In this document: in pieces, positions 27,226 through 41,688 of the stretch
Layout: the number at the start of each line of letters is the position of its first letter
Position numbering within the stretch: position 1 is the stretch's first letter
Made by a program: the position numbers and the translations under genes
Notes under the pieces: model-generated
Databases searched by the model: none
Told to the model about the DNA's origin: nothing
Seen by the model: the letters and a program-made list of their open reading frames with translations, nothing else
Assembly: GCA_951406725.2 (NCBI GenBank)
Contig: OX597830.1
Coordinates: 59,086,001-59,150,000, forward strand
DNA: 64,000 nt
From: Octopus vulgaris
Taxonomy: Eukaryota
Reading direction: 5' to 3'

Positions 27226-28806
27226 CAGTGGGGGGAAATAAATATTCGTTCCTGTCAAAATTCTTTATTTATCTAATTTCTAATGAGCATAAATGGGATA
27301 TACCAATACTATATTTGCATACACATGCATAAACTAAGAATATGCAAAGGAAACTAGTAAATTATAGTTACTAAGGAATTTATATACAATCATAAATATT
27401 TAGGGGTGAAAAAAGTATTCGTACAGAACATAAATAACTGATAATTCTGATTTAATACTTCGTAGCATAACCATTATTCAGTTCCACTTCAACCAATCTC
27501 TTCTTGTAGTTCTTTAATCAATGACTCGCATGTTTCTTTAGGAATTTTTTCCCATTCTTCTTGACAAATTTTCTTCAAATCTGGAATGCACGTTGGGGCT
27601 CTTGAATGACTTTTAATTTTTAAATAACGCCACAAATTTTCAACGGGGTTCAATTCAGGTGACTGGCTTGGCCATTCTAATAATTTTGTATTGTGATCGA
27701 CAATCCATTTTTTGGTAGACTTCGCCGTGTGCTTAGGATCGTTACCCTGTTGTAAAACCTACCCTTCACAAAGCTGGAGCTTTTCTACAGAGTCCCATAA
27801 ATTATTGTTAAAAATATTTTGGTACATCTCTGCATTCATTCTACCATCTATCACATGTAAATTGCCAGTACCATTTGCAGAGAAACAACCCCCACACCAT
27901 GATGTTGCCACCTCCAAACTTTATGGTAGGAATTGTGTTTTTCGGCAAATAGGCAGTACCATCTTTCCTCCAAACATGGCTACGCGAATTTCTTCCAAAC
28001 AATTCAATTTTCCACTCGTCTGTCCATAGAACATTTTCCCAGAATGTATCAGGTTTATCTTTATGTTCATAAACATATTTTAAACGGGCATCTCTATGCC
28101 TTTTAGTCAAGAGCGGAGTTTTTCTAGGAGAGTTGTGACTTCAGTTCATTGCTGATTGTTCATAGTCCCTGAAGCTAACAAATCTTCTTACAACTCCTTT
28201 CTGGTGATCATTGCGTTTTTTTCGATTCTTCACTTCATTTTTCTTAAAGATCTAGGGGAAATCTTGCACGGTGCATTGGATCATATTCTGTTTTCGACAG
28301 TTCCTAATTTTTTATATCTTTGAAAATATGGTAGAAAATGGAATACAAAGGGTCTCTGATATTTTCCTGGAACTTTTACCTGCTTTCCACTGTTCAATAA
28401 TTAAGTTTTTCACTGTATTTGTGAGTTCTTTACTTTTCGCTATTATTACGATACTACTTTATGTTGTCTCAGTGCTGAATGAAGAAGCTAATGTTTTGAC
28501 ACTTAAAAATGACAACTGATAAGATTATTGGAACAAATGAGAAAGTTCTAGTAAAAAAATATTATTTTAACAGTATTTTGTGGCATAGAAAATCATAAAT
28601 TTATTCTTTACGAATACTTTTTTCGCCCCTAAATATTTATGATTGTATATAAATTCCTTAGTTACAATAATTTATTAGTTTCTTTTGCATATTCTTAGTT
28701 GATGCATGTGTATGCAAATATAGTATTGGTATATCCCATTTATGTTCATTAGAAATTAGATAAATAAAGAATTTTGACATGTACGAATATTTATTTCCCC
28801 CCACTG
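27226..28806 (-). mobile_element. Tc1-like transposon with ~200-bp IR/DR terminal repeats, decayed transposase
   Basis: CAGTGGGGGGAAATAAATATTCGT... TIRs at 27226-27424 and 28608-28806, TA flanks. ORF piece VLWTDEWKIELFG..TIKFGGGNIMVWG. Confidence 0.93.
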
Positions 28807-28984
28807 TATATATATAACAAATGAGAGAAAGAGAAAATGGAATTTACAAAATTCTATATTAACAATAACAATCGTTTTGACCCATCTTGCATCGGTCCCC
28901 CGAGGGAGAGATCTGTACAGCAGGTTTTCCTTTGGAACATATTGGTAGTATAGAGAAAGACTTGCATGCATTGGCAACTGCTAG

Positions 28985-29022
<38 letters not shown>

Positions 29023-29715
29023 CCTCACCAAACTATGTCTTGGAGTGGAGCATTCGGGATGTGGATGTTCATACTATCTTTAAGAGATGACAAAGAGCAA
29101 TGCTTTCTTGTAATAACGTGACAGAAAGATGAGTGGGGTTACAAATTAAATGGATATTTTATAGGAATATTCAATTGGCCCAAGTGCCAGACCCAAGAAG
29201 ATGAAAGATAAAAGTGGTTTCGGTGTAATTTGAACTCAGAACGTAGAAAGAAAAAAAACAGATCTAAATACTTCACGATTGAGCCAATCCGCTACATGAA
29301 TGTCACATCATACTGTTCCATGTCTTCTACATCTTGTTAAAGACAACGCCAGTTATGTGTAGTTGTTGTTGTTGTAGTTGTGGTAGTGACGGTGGTGGTG
29401 GTGGTGATGGTGACGGTGGTGGTGGTGGTGGTGGTGGTGATTTAGCCCCGAGGTGGGGTCAGCTCTGATGAAGCAAATTCTATTACCAAAGCATTCTGAG
29501 CATGTCCATTCCATCTTATATTCGGATACTGTGAGTCCATTATCCAATGTATCCTTCCTTTTATTAAAATATATTTTGAAAAAAATCTGACTGCTATTTC
29601 TTGCAGACCAAGCGACCACTCATAGGATCCCCCCCCCCATTGGTTCGATCGTTCTGTATTGATGTTTAGTAACAAGTTACCACTGATCAAGAACACACAC
29701 ACATACACACACACA

Positions 29716-29814
<99 letters not shown>

Positions 29815-29934
29815 CATCAGGAATCGCCGCTGGGCCATGCAAAGCATACGCAATGTTGGGCATGTAAAATATACGTAATCATTTTTTTTTGTAGGTGATA
29901 AACATTTATTTTTTTATTTTTTTTATTTTTACAG

Positions 29935-30072
29935 AAACCATTCCAATGAGACAACGAATTTTCCCTGTGTCGTTTTGGCAGCAACCGAACCGAACACCTC
30001 AAGCGTCTCCAGTAGACATCTATACCATTCTGCCACCATTGGAAAATCGCCACTCAGACGAGACTGTTACAG
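29935..30072 (+). CDS. Coding exon 3 of the omega-loop protein gene (contains the motif)
   Basis: Long poly-T tract plus ACAG acceptor, 138 nt phase 1-1, reads ETIPMRQRIFPVSFWQQPNRTPQASPVDIYTILPPLENRHSDETVT, donor AG|GTCAGT. Confidence 0.85.
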
Positions 30073-30308
30073 GTCAGTTGTTTTCGTCAACTTTTCCATT
30101 GCTAATTATCTCAACATAAGATATTGCTAATTGCTTAGTGGACGATTATGGATTAGTTTAATACATCAGTTTAGCACGTCAATATATCGCATGGTGTGAT
30201 AATTAATTTATTACATGAATATAACTAATTCAGTAAACACACTTTGACATAATTTCATCGCGTGTTCTAACTGGTTTTGCTAAAATTCTCTCTTTCACAC
30301 TCTATCCC

Positions 30309-30502
<194 letters not shown>

Positions 30503-30984
30503 TGTATGTATGCATGGTGGCACTCCGTCGGTTACGACGACGAGGGTTCCAGTTGATCCGATCAGCGGAACAGCCTGCTCGTGAAATTAACGTGCAAGTG
30601 GCTGAGCACTCCATAGACGCGTGTACCCTTAACGTAGTTTTCGGGGAGATTCAGCGTAACACAGAGTGTGACAAGGCTGGCCCTTTGAAATACAGATACA
30701 ACAGAAACAGGAAGAAAGAGTGAGAGAAAGTTGTGGGGAAAGAATACAGCAGGGTTCGCCACCAGACCGCTGCCGGAGCTTCGTGGAGCTTTAGGTGTTT
30801 TCGCTCAATAAACACTCATAACGCCTGGTCTGGGAATCGAAACTGCGATCCTCCGACCGCGAGTCCGCTGCTCTAACCAGCATGGAGGTCGATGTAATTC
30901 TGTTATTCTGTTATGTGTTTCAACCCTAAGGTTGTGGCCATGCTGGGGCACCGCCAGTGTAATCACCTTTTAATTGGCCAATTC

Positions 30985-31445
30985 TATGTGATTGACTTTG
31001 GTTGAAGGTGGGAGTTCGATTCCGCTGCCCTCTTTTGAGCTTTCTGCCTTGATACTGGTTCATCTGGGATCATGGGATCTTGAAGACATTAACCCCTACT
31101 CTATGGAGATCCCTCAGATGTTTTGGTAAGACGTTAAATAGCTGTGTGTGAGCTCTTGAATCTCAAGCTATTGCACTATATGGTTCTCGCCTTAGATGGG
31201 ACAGCTGGGACTTTTGGAACAGTGCAGTGACGTCCATTTTAAGGTCAGGTATAACTCTTAATTCCAACTTTGGTGCCAGCCCCTCCAGTACCTTTCACAT
31301 ATATCACTGCATACTTCTTCCGTCTTCGCTCCAGGGAGTAGAGTCGTAGCTCTTTCAGTCTCTCCTAGTAGCCCAGCTGTTCCATTGATACAGTCTTCCT
31401 TGTGTAGCATCGCTGAACCGCCTCAAGTTCTGCTATTAATCTGAC
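30985..31445 (-). mobile_element. CR1/L2-like LINE 3' remnant
   Basis: Minus strand reads LEAVQRCYTRK..LGY*ERLKELRLYSLERRR, a typical CR1-group C-terminal motif. Confidence 0.75.
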
Positions 31446-31667
31446 ACTATAATTATTTATCTGTGTTATAAAGAATTTCTGGGGCTACAGAGACCATAGC
31501 TACTACCATTGTACACGCAACCCAAAACATGAAATAAAGTTAACAACAGGATCAGTAAAAAACAATGTTGGTCTGTATCGGCAATTAGTGAATTCAAACA
31601 GTTCAAAGTAGAATAATTTGGTTTGTTGATAAAAAGTAATACATACATGCATGCATACATACATACA

Positions 31668-31956
<289 letters not shown>

Positions 31957-34518
31957 ATGAAATTAATAGGGATTAACAATTGTTCTGTCGTAGCAATAGG
32001 AAAGCATTGCGGGCCTCAGAAACTCTTCTCAACTTTCTGCTACTTGAAATCTGTAAGGATCTTGATGTTAATTTGTCCTAGAGTCAAGGTGATTTTTATG
32101 TCTTTATTTTTTTTATCGATATACGTGTAGAAATAGGTTTGGCATCGATGCTCTTTTTTTAATGCTAGCATAGTGTTACAACTGGGTAACCTTCCTGATG
32201 CCAATCCTACCTGGTTTTTCGAGAAAGTTTTCTTTTTTAAAATTTTTATTCTGTGTCCTTAAAAGTGCAGTTTTAAAGATGATTTATTGATAAGGATTGG
32301 CAGCAAACTTCAGTCTCGTGCAAAACACGCTACAGAAACACTCACGGATATATTAACATCAGACCCCTTACAACTTGACGCAACCTTGGTGATGTTGATA
32401 TCAAGTGTTTGCTCTCATCGTAGACTAAGTCTCTGTTAACTCAACGACTGCAAGCTAACGATACACGTGTTTACTATAGAATGTTTGCACTGCTTACACT
32501 TGTAAAGTATAAACCCTGCAGATGACCGAGACTTCATGTGTTAGCAGAAACACAGCAGCATGGTAACAAGATATATTAAACATTTCAGTCATTTGTCCGC
32601 TGCCCTATTGATCTGCCCCATTCCCTATCGACTCTCATCTCATCACCATCCGTATATTAAAAACTGAGATTGGAATACTTTCGATGATACTGAATAAAAG
32701 ATGAGGTGTATATTATAGATTACGCGCCCAATTTTCAGTCACGATTTACTGTTAAAGTTAAATTACTTCAACGAAAGTTTAATAAGTAACGAAATAATCA
32801 CTGTCGTCTGGATATTCCTGTTTTAAGACTTCCGCTTGTACTTTCGAAGAAGGACAGCTCAATTTCAATACAAAACACTACTTAAACTTATTTTCACTCA
32901 TCATTGTATCGATTCATTGAAGAGGATTTTTTTTTTCTCTTTTGCTCGGCAACCATATTGATTGCAATCCGTCTGAGCCGTCTCCGGCATGTTGCAAGTT
33001 GCGACTTGTTTCAGTTTTATTGACTCCGCTGTAGTCTTTTTTAGAAGACTGGATAGATTAGCTTTGTATTATCTGCTCAGTGAAACATCGTCTCCATTCA
33101 CGATTCCATCCATATATGGCACCTTTTAGAGCATAGAGGAAAAGAAATCGATATTTTGCCAGTAGCAACTGTATATGTATGAGTCATTGTTTATGCTGGA
33201 AATGCCATGCAAAGAAACTACAATAGATTGCTTCCGCCTCGAGATAAACATTGTATTTTTTTCTAGTTACGATGTTTCATATCGTCTATTGAGATTTAAT
33301 GTTAAAACCTTAGTAACTTTATCTTGGGGAAACATTGTTTATACAATATATATGAGATATAATTTCATAAATGAGTCATACTTGAACTGGAGTCAGAGGA
33401 AATTTAGCAGAAATTTCAGAGCATTTCGTTGGATTAAAATGGTTTATGGGCGCAAGTAATACTGTGTGCTTAAGAAATTTACTCGGCAACTACGTGACTG
33501 TATGTTCAATCGTACTGCCCGGCACCTTGGGAAAATAGAGCCTAGGGTTGACGAAAGCCTTATGAGTGAAATTTGGTGAATGGAAACTGTGTAAAAATTC
33601 GCCAGAGAGACCCGTTTGTAATGATGGCGGTGGTGGTAGTGTAGACTCTATCGATCGTCCGTTTTACCACTTGATACTTGGGTACACATTGTTGAAAGTA
33701 ATTTGATCTGATCTTTAGGTTAAGCACAACGTCCTTTTCCCTGCTAGTAGACGCCGAGACCCTGAAAAAGGGTGCTGACCCCACTTCTCTGTTTTAGTCC
33801 CTTGAAAAAAAAATTTAAGCCGGAGTTGATTTTGCATTCAATGCCGTCGGGATCGATAAAAACATTTTGTCGGTAACATTTTTCAATCTATCCGGTCAAT
33901 TACAGATGCTTGAAAAGTAAAATTAATATGCCTTCATTAGGATTTGTCTCATAAGACGGCGGCGAGGTTCATTAGCATGCTGGACAAAACGCCCAACGGC
34001 ATTTCGTCCGCCTTTGCTTTCTGAGTTCAAATTCCACCGAGGTCGATTTTTGCCTTTCATCCTTTCAGGGTCGATAAAAATAAGATCATAGAAAATTCTT
34101 CCTGCTATAGAGCTGAAACTTTAGGGGGAACGGGCAAGTGGATTACATTGATCCTAGTACTCAACTAGTACCTGTTTTATCGACCCCGGAAGGATGAAAG
34201 GCGAAGTCGAATTTGAACTTAGAACGTAAAGCTGTTTTCCCGGAGTGTTAGCGATTCTGCCAGATCGTAGCCGTAAACGACAACGTAAGAAATCCTTTCT
34301 ACTTATATAGCTATTGATGAACAATAGCACCATTGGTTACAGTTTTCTAACATGTCAATCATTGGTTCCTTATATTTCTGTGGTAAGGGAGTGCCTGTTG
34401 CTTGATACAGAACAAATACTGCAAAGGATTTCGATCGGAAAACCCTGGCTTTTTCGTCAGGTCACTGATGTTTATTAACTCTCTCTCCCACCTCTCTCTC
34501 TCATCTCTCCTCCTCCTC

Positions 34519-34552
<34 letters not shown>

Positions 34553-35856
34553 ACACACACACACACACACACACACGTATGTATGACCGCGTTGTTAACG
34601 TTATAAGAATTTATAAACTTCGAGAAAATATCAAAATAATTCTTTGAAGGAAAAGTGGATCTCGAAGCAGACAAAGCTATAAGTAACAGCATGTAAATAT
34701 TGAGCATTCATCTTTTCGAGGGTCGATAAATTAAGTACCAGTGTAACACTGGGGTCGATGTAATCGATTAGTCCCCTGCCCCCCCCCCCCCCGCCCCAAA
34801 TTCAGGCCTTGTGTTTATAAATTCTTGTAACACGGACATACACACGTGTGTGAGAGACAGAGAGGGGGGGAGGAGACAGAGAGGAGAGAGGAGAGAGAGT
34901 TTATAAATATCAGTGATCAGACGAAAAAATCCGGGGTTTTCCGATCGAAATCCCTTGCAGTAATTTGTTCTGAAATAAAACAAAATAAAATAAAATAAGA
35001 TTCCTTTATAAATATTTTACCAAACTTTCTTTTCTGAGAAGAGATTTATGAAAAACTCCATCTTAGGAAAATATGGCGATTATTTCTAGCCGATCACATG
35101 ACTATAAAGAGTCTCTTTTGTTGACTCATCGATAGTGAAATCGAATTATTAGGGACAATTCACGAGGTTGTTGGCTCCTCTTCGATGCGATCTCTCGTCT
35201 CTAATTTTTCTTTGTTCTTTTTGAAATAGAAATATGTAACTTGAAGGACATCTAGCTACTATTTCTTGCGATTCCAGTAACCACGTAGATGATGTTAGTT
35301 GATTTGTGTGCATGCAAGTAGCATTTTGTTCATGGGGGGTTAACAAGTAGTAACATGGGTTTAGCCAGGATTGCCACGCTGTGTTGGCGAATGAACTTTA
35401 CTATCCGGTGCTGTTACTACACAGATTTCAATCAGAGATTTAAAACTAATTGCTTTTCTCCTTACGAAATTAGCGACTGTGTCTCTTTGAAAAGTATATA
35501 CTGTGAATGAGGTCCGCTGGCTGCTGTCTCTAGCCAGGTGGTTGCCCAGCACCGAGCTCAGAAACCATTTGTTTGTTGGTAATGCTAACGGCTAGAAGGA
35601 AGCAGGGAGCCCTCTTGCTTACAGTATGTCTAGGATACAGATCATGTGTCGATAAACCAGCCGGAAAAGATGTTTTCCTGGGGTTACAAAGTAGCTACAT
35701 AGGCCTGGTCAGGTCTGCCACGTTATGTTGGCAAATAAACTTCACTACACACACACACACACACACATACACAAAGAGGAAGTTACTTAAAAATTAAGTC
35801 TATAATAAGCTGTCATTAATTCTAAAGATTCCAATATCGTATTTCTTTTCATTCAG

Positions 35857-36007
35857 GAATTCTTCAAATGATTCAATCCTCAACAAGAACACAGGATATG
35901 AAGCCCGCAGAAACGAAATATAAAGTGTTCGAATCTGAAAAAGCTGCATATTTTATGGAGAAAATGTTTTCGGTGCTTAAACCGGATAAAAATAATATGA
36001 AACGAAA
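35857..36007 (+). CDS. Coding exon 4 of the omega-loop protein gene
   Basis: Acceptor TTTCTTTTCATTCAG, 151 nt open (GILQMIQSSTRTQDMKPAETKYKVFESEKAAYFMEKMFSVLKPDKNNMKR), donor AA|GTAAGA. Phase 1 to 2 bridges exons 3 and 5 exactly. Confidence 0.78.
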
Positions 36008-36915
36008 GTAAGATTGGTATATCTTTTATCTTTTATCTTGTTTCTGTCATTGGGCCGCGGCCACACTGGGGCACCACCATGAAGGGTCTTGTCCAACAAA
36101 TTGATTGCAGTACTTATTTTTTAATCGCAGTACTTTTTCTATTGATTTCTATTGCCTAACTGCTAAGTTACGGGACGTAAACAAACCAACACCGATTTCC
36201 AGCGGGGGAGGGGGAACAAACACTAACGCACACATACACACACACACTCATATACTCATACACACACACACACATACGACGGCCTTCCATACAGTTTCCA
36301 CCAACCAGTTCACTCACGAAGGATTGGTTGACCTAGGGCTATAATAGAAGACACACACCCAAGGTGCTGCGCTGTGTAATTGATTCTGGAACCGTGGGAT
36401 TGCAAAGCGAGCTTCTTAACCATACAGCCATGTCTCCGCCTACAGGCTGGGCCAAAAGCCATGTCTCCGCCTACAGGGTGGGCCAAAAGCCATGCACAAA
36501 ATAAGTTCAATAAACTCCGGAATTGTCAAAGACATGGTTCGATTTTCTAAAATTGAATAAAATAATTAAAATAATGAGGAATACACATGTAATTGTACTT
36601 GATGAACAAAATGAATAAAGAGGATTCAAGGGGCATTTCACTGCGATTTATAGCAGATCGAGTCAGCTCGTAACAGATGCCGCCCTGGTTCATTGGTTAT
36701 GGCGTCACTGATGGCGAAGCTGTTATGGTGTCGTAGATAATGTTGAAGTTCTGAAGGAGGGTTGTGATCATAGCAGTGGTAGTGGCGGAGGTCATTGTTA
36801 TTGTTATTGTGGTGGTGATGAGGTGATGATGGTGGAGGTGGAGGTGATGAGGTGATGGTGGTGGAGGTGGTGTTGGCGGTTATTGCTAGCTTCGTTGCTG
36901 TCGCCTTGCATTATA

Positions 36916-36954
<39 letters not shown>

Positions 36955-37110
36955 TTAGGGAGTATAGCTCCAAACTTACAGGGAAAAATTAGATTTAGGA
37001 TTAAATCAAATTTCACAGCATAAATATATAAAATATGAATTAGAGATAAAACCACTTTTTATATTATATTTATCATTCTTTTTATACTTTTTGGAAAAAG
37101 AAATTATTTA

Positions 37111-37165
<55 letters not shown>

Positions 37166-37372
37166 TATTATATTTATATTATTTCTTATTTATGTATTGG
37201 TTTATGTCTATCACCGTTTGAGTTGCCTAATAGCGGTTTTATCTCTAATTCATATGTTATATATATATTAATAGTAATGGTAAGACAACAAAAGAATGAA
37301 TGGGACCGCGATATTATGTAAATAGAGGAATTTATCAGTAATATGATATGTGGCAATTATTCGGTTGCCATA

Positions 37373-37431
37373 ATAAGACTCCGAGTTTCGGATGTCGGGA
37401 CGGAAAACTGCTCCGGCATCTCGTCAGTTAT
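37373..37431 (-). ncRNA. Type-I hammerhead ribozyme motif (GUC site)
   Basis: Minus strand: ATAA-CTGACGA-GATG...CATC-C-GAAA-CTCGGAG-TC-TTAT, inside an inverted-repeat element at ~37270-37512. Degenerate family copy at 23874-23932 (+). Confidence 0.65.
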
Positions 37432-37509
37432 CGAGGCAATCAAAAAATGCTACATCCGAAACACGGAGTTTTATTATGGCAACCGAATATTTGACACATA
37501 TTATCTTAC

Positions 37510-37565
<56 letters not shown>

Positions 37566-37596
37566 AAAGGTAATTGTAACTTGTTCTTTCTTACAG

Positions 37597-37858
37597 AACT
37601 AAGAAATCTTTGGTACAAAAAAGTGATAGCCCTGATTTATTGAATGGAAACGATCCTTTCTTGGTGGAAAACATCACAGAGAAGTTCCTGCCACTGAGTC
37701 TCAATGAAAGGAACACGACTCAGTCGTATGAAGATGCACCTATCAAGTTTCAGTACATTCCTCTGGAAAGAGAAACGGAGCCGACACTTTACCTCCCCAC
37801 CATGGTGCAGGATCGGAACTACTCAAAAATTCTTTCGAAAATTGTCGAAATGATTTAA
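37597..37858 (+). CDS. Terminal coding exon 5 of the omega-loop protein gene
   Basis: Acceptor TTCTTTCTTACAG, phase 2, reads TKKSLVQKSDSPDLLNGNDPFLVENITEKFLPLSL...RNYSKILSKIVEMI*; AATAAA at 38409. Confidence 0.8.
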
Positions 37859-38014
37859 TGTTGCTTTTTGTGAATTTATTTGTTTATTGATTGATTTTGT
37901 TATTTTGTTTCCCCGACCCCGACTTGACGATGTTGTAATTTAGAAAATAGACAAATGACAATATTAACATAGATATACGACAATATGTCGTTACTTACGC
38001 AAACATTTGCAATG

Positions 38015-38069
<55 letters not shown>

Positions 38070-38638
38070 TATATATATATGTATATATATTTATGTTTTT
38101 TTTTGCAGCAAATATGTATTTAAAAATTCCTCATATATTTAGTTATGGGCGAGTTAGGAAAACAATTGGACGACTAAATGTTATAAAATATTTAGTTTCG
38201 CCTCTTATGTACTGAATGAAATGAAATCTTGTCCGAATTGATAGAATAAGAACTAGTTGTATAGTAGGTTCGATTCTATCAATGATACTTCCATTGGTGA
38301 CTAATTGGATACTACATTGTGACTAAAATATGAAGACAACAATTATTTAAGACTATTCCGAAGACATCTCCGATCGAAAATTATTGGTTGATTCTACGAA
38401 CAGGACAGAATAAATGACATTTTGACTTGCAGAATATATTTTCAAGCAAACATTAGACATTAAAATGTTTTCTTTTTAATAATCTATTTTAAACAAACGA
38501 CAAAGACAGCAGACCTTATCACCAAAGAAAGTTTTTTACAAATTTTATTTGGTCATATTTTTTCCCTTCAAAGAATTAGAATTTGACTGAGATATCTAAT
38601 TTGTTTATATGAGAGACGAGTAACTACTTACGCATATA

Positions 38639-38677
<39 letters not shown>

Positions 38678-38833
38678 TTAGGGAGTATAGCTCCAAACTT
38701 ACAGGGAAAAATTAGATTTAGGATTAAATCAAATTTCACAGCATAAATATATAAAATATGAATTAGAGATAAAACCACTTTTTATATTATATTTATCATT
38801 CTTTTTATACTTTTTGGAAAAAGAAATTATTTA

Positions 38834-38872
<39 letters not shown>

Positions 38873-39080
38873 TAATTATATTTATATTATTTCTTATTTA
38901 TGTATTGGTTTATGTCTATCACCGTTTGAGTTGCCTAATAGCGGTTTTATCTCTAATTCATATGTTATATATATATTAATAGTAATGGTAAGACAACAAA
39001 AGAATGAATGGGACCGCGATATTATGTAAATAGAGGAATTTATCAGTAATATGATATGTGGCAATTATTCGGTTGCCATA

Positions 39081-39139
39081 ATAAGACTCCGAGTTTCGGA
39101 TGTCGGGACGGAAAACTGCTCCGGCATCTCGTCAGTTAT
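39081..39139 (-). ncRNA. Duplicate of the hammerhead motif at 37373-37431
   Basis: Identical sequence inside the tandem duplication. Confidence 0.6.
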
Positions 39140-39217
39140 CGAGGCAATCAAAAAATGCTACATCCGAAACACGGAGTTTTATTATGGCAACCGAATATTT
39201 GACACATATTATCTTAC

Positions 39218-39281
<64 letters not shown>

Positions 39282-39309
39282 GGTAATTGTAACTTGTTCT
39301 TTCTTACAG

Positions 39310-39571
39310 AACTAAGAAATCTTTGGTACAAAAAAGTGATAGCCCTGATTTATTGAATGGAAACGATCCTTTCTTGGTGGAAAACATCACAGAGAAGTTC
39401 CTGCCACTGAGTCTCAATGAAAGGAACACGACTCAGTCGTATGAAGATGCACCTATCAAGTTTCAGTACATTCCTCTGGAAAGAGAAACGGAGCCGACAC
39501 TTTACCTCCCCACCATGGTGCAGGATCGGAACTACTCAAAAATTCTTTCGAAAATTGTCGAAATGATTTAA
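39310..39571 (+). CDS. Duplicate copy of terminal exon 5 (alternative last exon or assembly artefact)
   Basis: Same acceptor and identical translation to 37597-37858. Confidence 0.45.
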
Positions 39572-39727
39572 TGTTGCTTTTTGTGAATTTATTTGTTTAT
39601 TGATTGATTTTGTTATTTTGTTTCCCCGACCCCGACTTGACGATGTTGTAATTTAGAAAATAGACAAATGACAATATTAACATAGATATACGACAATATG
39701 TCGTTACTTACGCAAACATTTGCAATG

Positions 39728-39780
<53 letters not shown>

Positions 39781-41645
39781 TATATATATATGTATATATA
39801 TTTATGTTTTTTTTTGCAGCAAATATGTATTTAAAAATTCCTCATATATTTAGTTATGGGCGAGTTAGGAAAACAATTGGACGACTAAATGTTATAAAAT
39901 ATTTAGTTTCGCCTCTTATGTACTGAATGAAATGAAATCTTGTCCGAATTGATAGAATAAGAACTAGTTGTATAGTAGGTTCGATTCTATCAATGATACT
40001 TCCATTGGTGACTAATTGGATACTACATTGTGACTAAAATATGAAGACAACAATTATTTAAGACTATTCCGAAGACATCTCCGATCGAAAATTATTGGTT
40101 GATTCTACGAACAGGACAGAATAAATGACATTTTGACTTGCAGAATATATTTTCAAGCAAACATTAGACATTAAAATGTTTTCTTTTTAATAATCTATTT
40201 TAAACAAACGACAAAGACAGCAGACCTTATCACCAAAGAAAGTTTTTTACAAATTTTATTTGGTCATATTTTTTCCCTTCAAAGAATTAGAATTTGACTG
40301 AGATATCTAATTTGTTTATATGAGAGACGAGTAACTACTTACGCATATATATACATACATACATAAATACATGCATATATATATATATACGGATTTAGCC
40401 ATTTAAAAAATTTTTCTAATTTTTTATTTACAAATATACAAAATACCAAATGTAAATTTGTAGTGTTTTTCAACTGACAAACATCACGTCCATTTGTTAT
40501 AATTCCATGTTTCTGCTGTTATATTTCTTGTTAAATAACGAAACTTCAGTAATAAGTTTCCGCCTTAATATTCTGTACTCACAAACCAACACATTTTAAG
40601 ACAAAACCTGTGATATTCATATTTAAAAACAAAAGAAACTTGTTTTCGCTTTAAATATTTTATATAAATTGCAACTTGTAAATTAAATTGTTAACATAAG
40701 ATTAGAAACATAACCATTGAAATTATTTCAGGCAACTAGAATCAATGATTTGCCAACAGTAATTTGAACTAATGCTGTAGAGTATAAAGTGAACTTGTAA
40801 GGTGGAAAACAGCAAGTTATATATATATATATATATATGGTCACCTAAGAATCCATAGGTCAGAGAAAATATGCGCTCATATATTTGTCAATAGAGTGGG
40901 TATATTAGTCAAATCAGAGTATACAATATTATAGATACATTTCAGTCGACTTTGCCAACCGGTTTCGCACTGGATATTAAATAACCGGATATTACATAAC
41001 AGCACAGTAAATAATACAACGCACTCTTCGGAGATGATAGATCTGGTTATCTAATACCCTGTGTAAAACAGATTGGTTAAGCATGATGAAATGCACCTAT
41101 AATACTATATACTTTGATATATAAATATATATATACACGGTTGCCAACAATACACTTTATATGCAAACAGCTACTGCTTCACAACCACTGGCTTTGGTAA
41201 AACCATCTCCGAGTTTTTATACATCGAGATGGAATCATTGAATTTCTTGCATAATCTGTGTTTTCCAAATATTTTTTATATTTTTTTATATAAGAATTAC
41301 AATTGTCCCTCCCACCAAAAATATATATATAAAGAATAAAATAAAGAAAGACTGGTCGTTTAGATCGGTTTTTGTCGCTTACATATCAGACTCGGTAGCA
41401 ATGATCTCCGTTTCTTGCTGATATTTCACTGCAAATGATCGATGTTGATTCTGGTGGAGAGCTCGAGATGTTTACCGTCACCGGCCACAACGTTGATTGG
41501 TGTTTACAGTAACATTTCGTATGTTCATGTCACGAGTACATACACACACGCCCACGCACATTTCATACACACACACACTTATATATTTACGTAAACACGT
41601 ACATAATAATACTCATACGTAGATATATACATAACACATATGCGC

Positions 41646-41688
<43 letters not shown>

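Larger units (their letters stand above)
36912..40345. repeat. ~1.71-kb near-identical tandem duplication containing the terminal exon and 3' UTR
   Basis: ~36912-38633 is repeated at ~38634-40345; visible differences are mainly microsatellite and homopolymer lengths. Confidence 0.95.

Noticed and set aside
34402-34975. Inverted repeat containing CTGACGA...GAAA
   Set aside because: The inverted repeat is real, but stem II and stem I do not pair convincingly, so it is not called a ribozyme.
36428-36494. 31-bp direct repeat GCCATGTCTCCGCCTACAGG-TGGGCCAAAA
   Set aside because: Two-copy local duplication at a SINE head; no evidence of function.
40953-41035. CCGAAGA...GAAACCGGTT on the minus strand
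   Set aside because: The stem III palindrome is present, but the stem II arms are not complementary.
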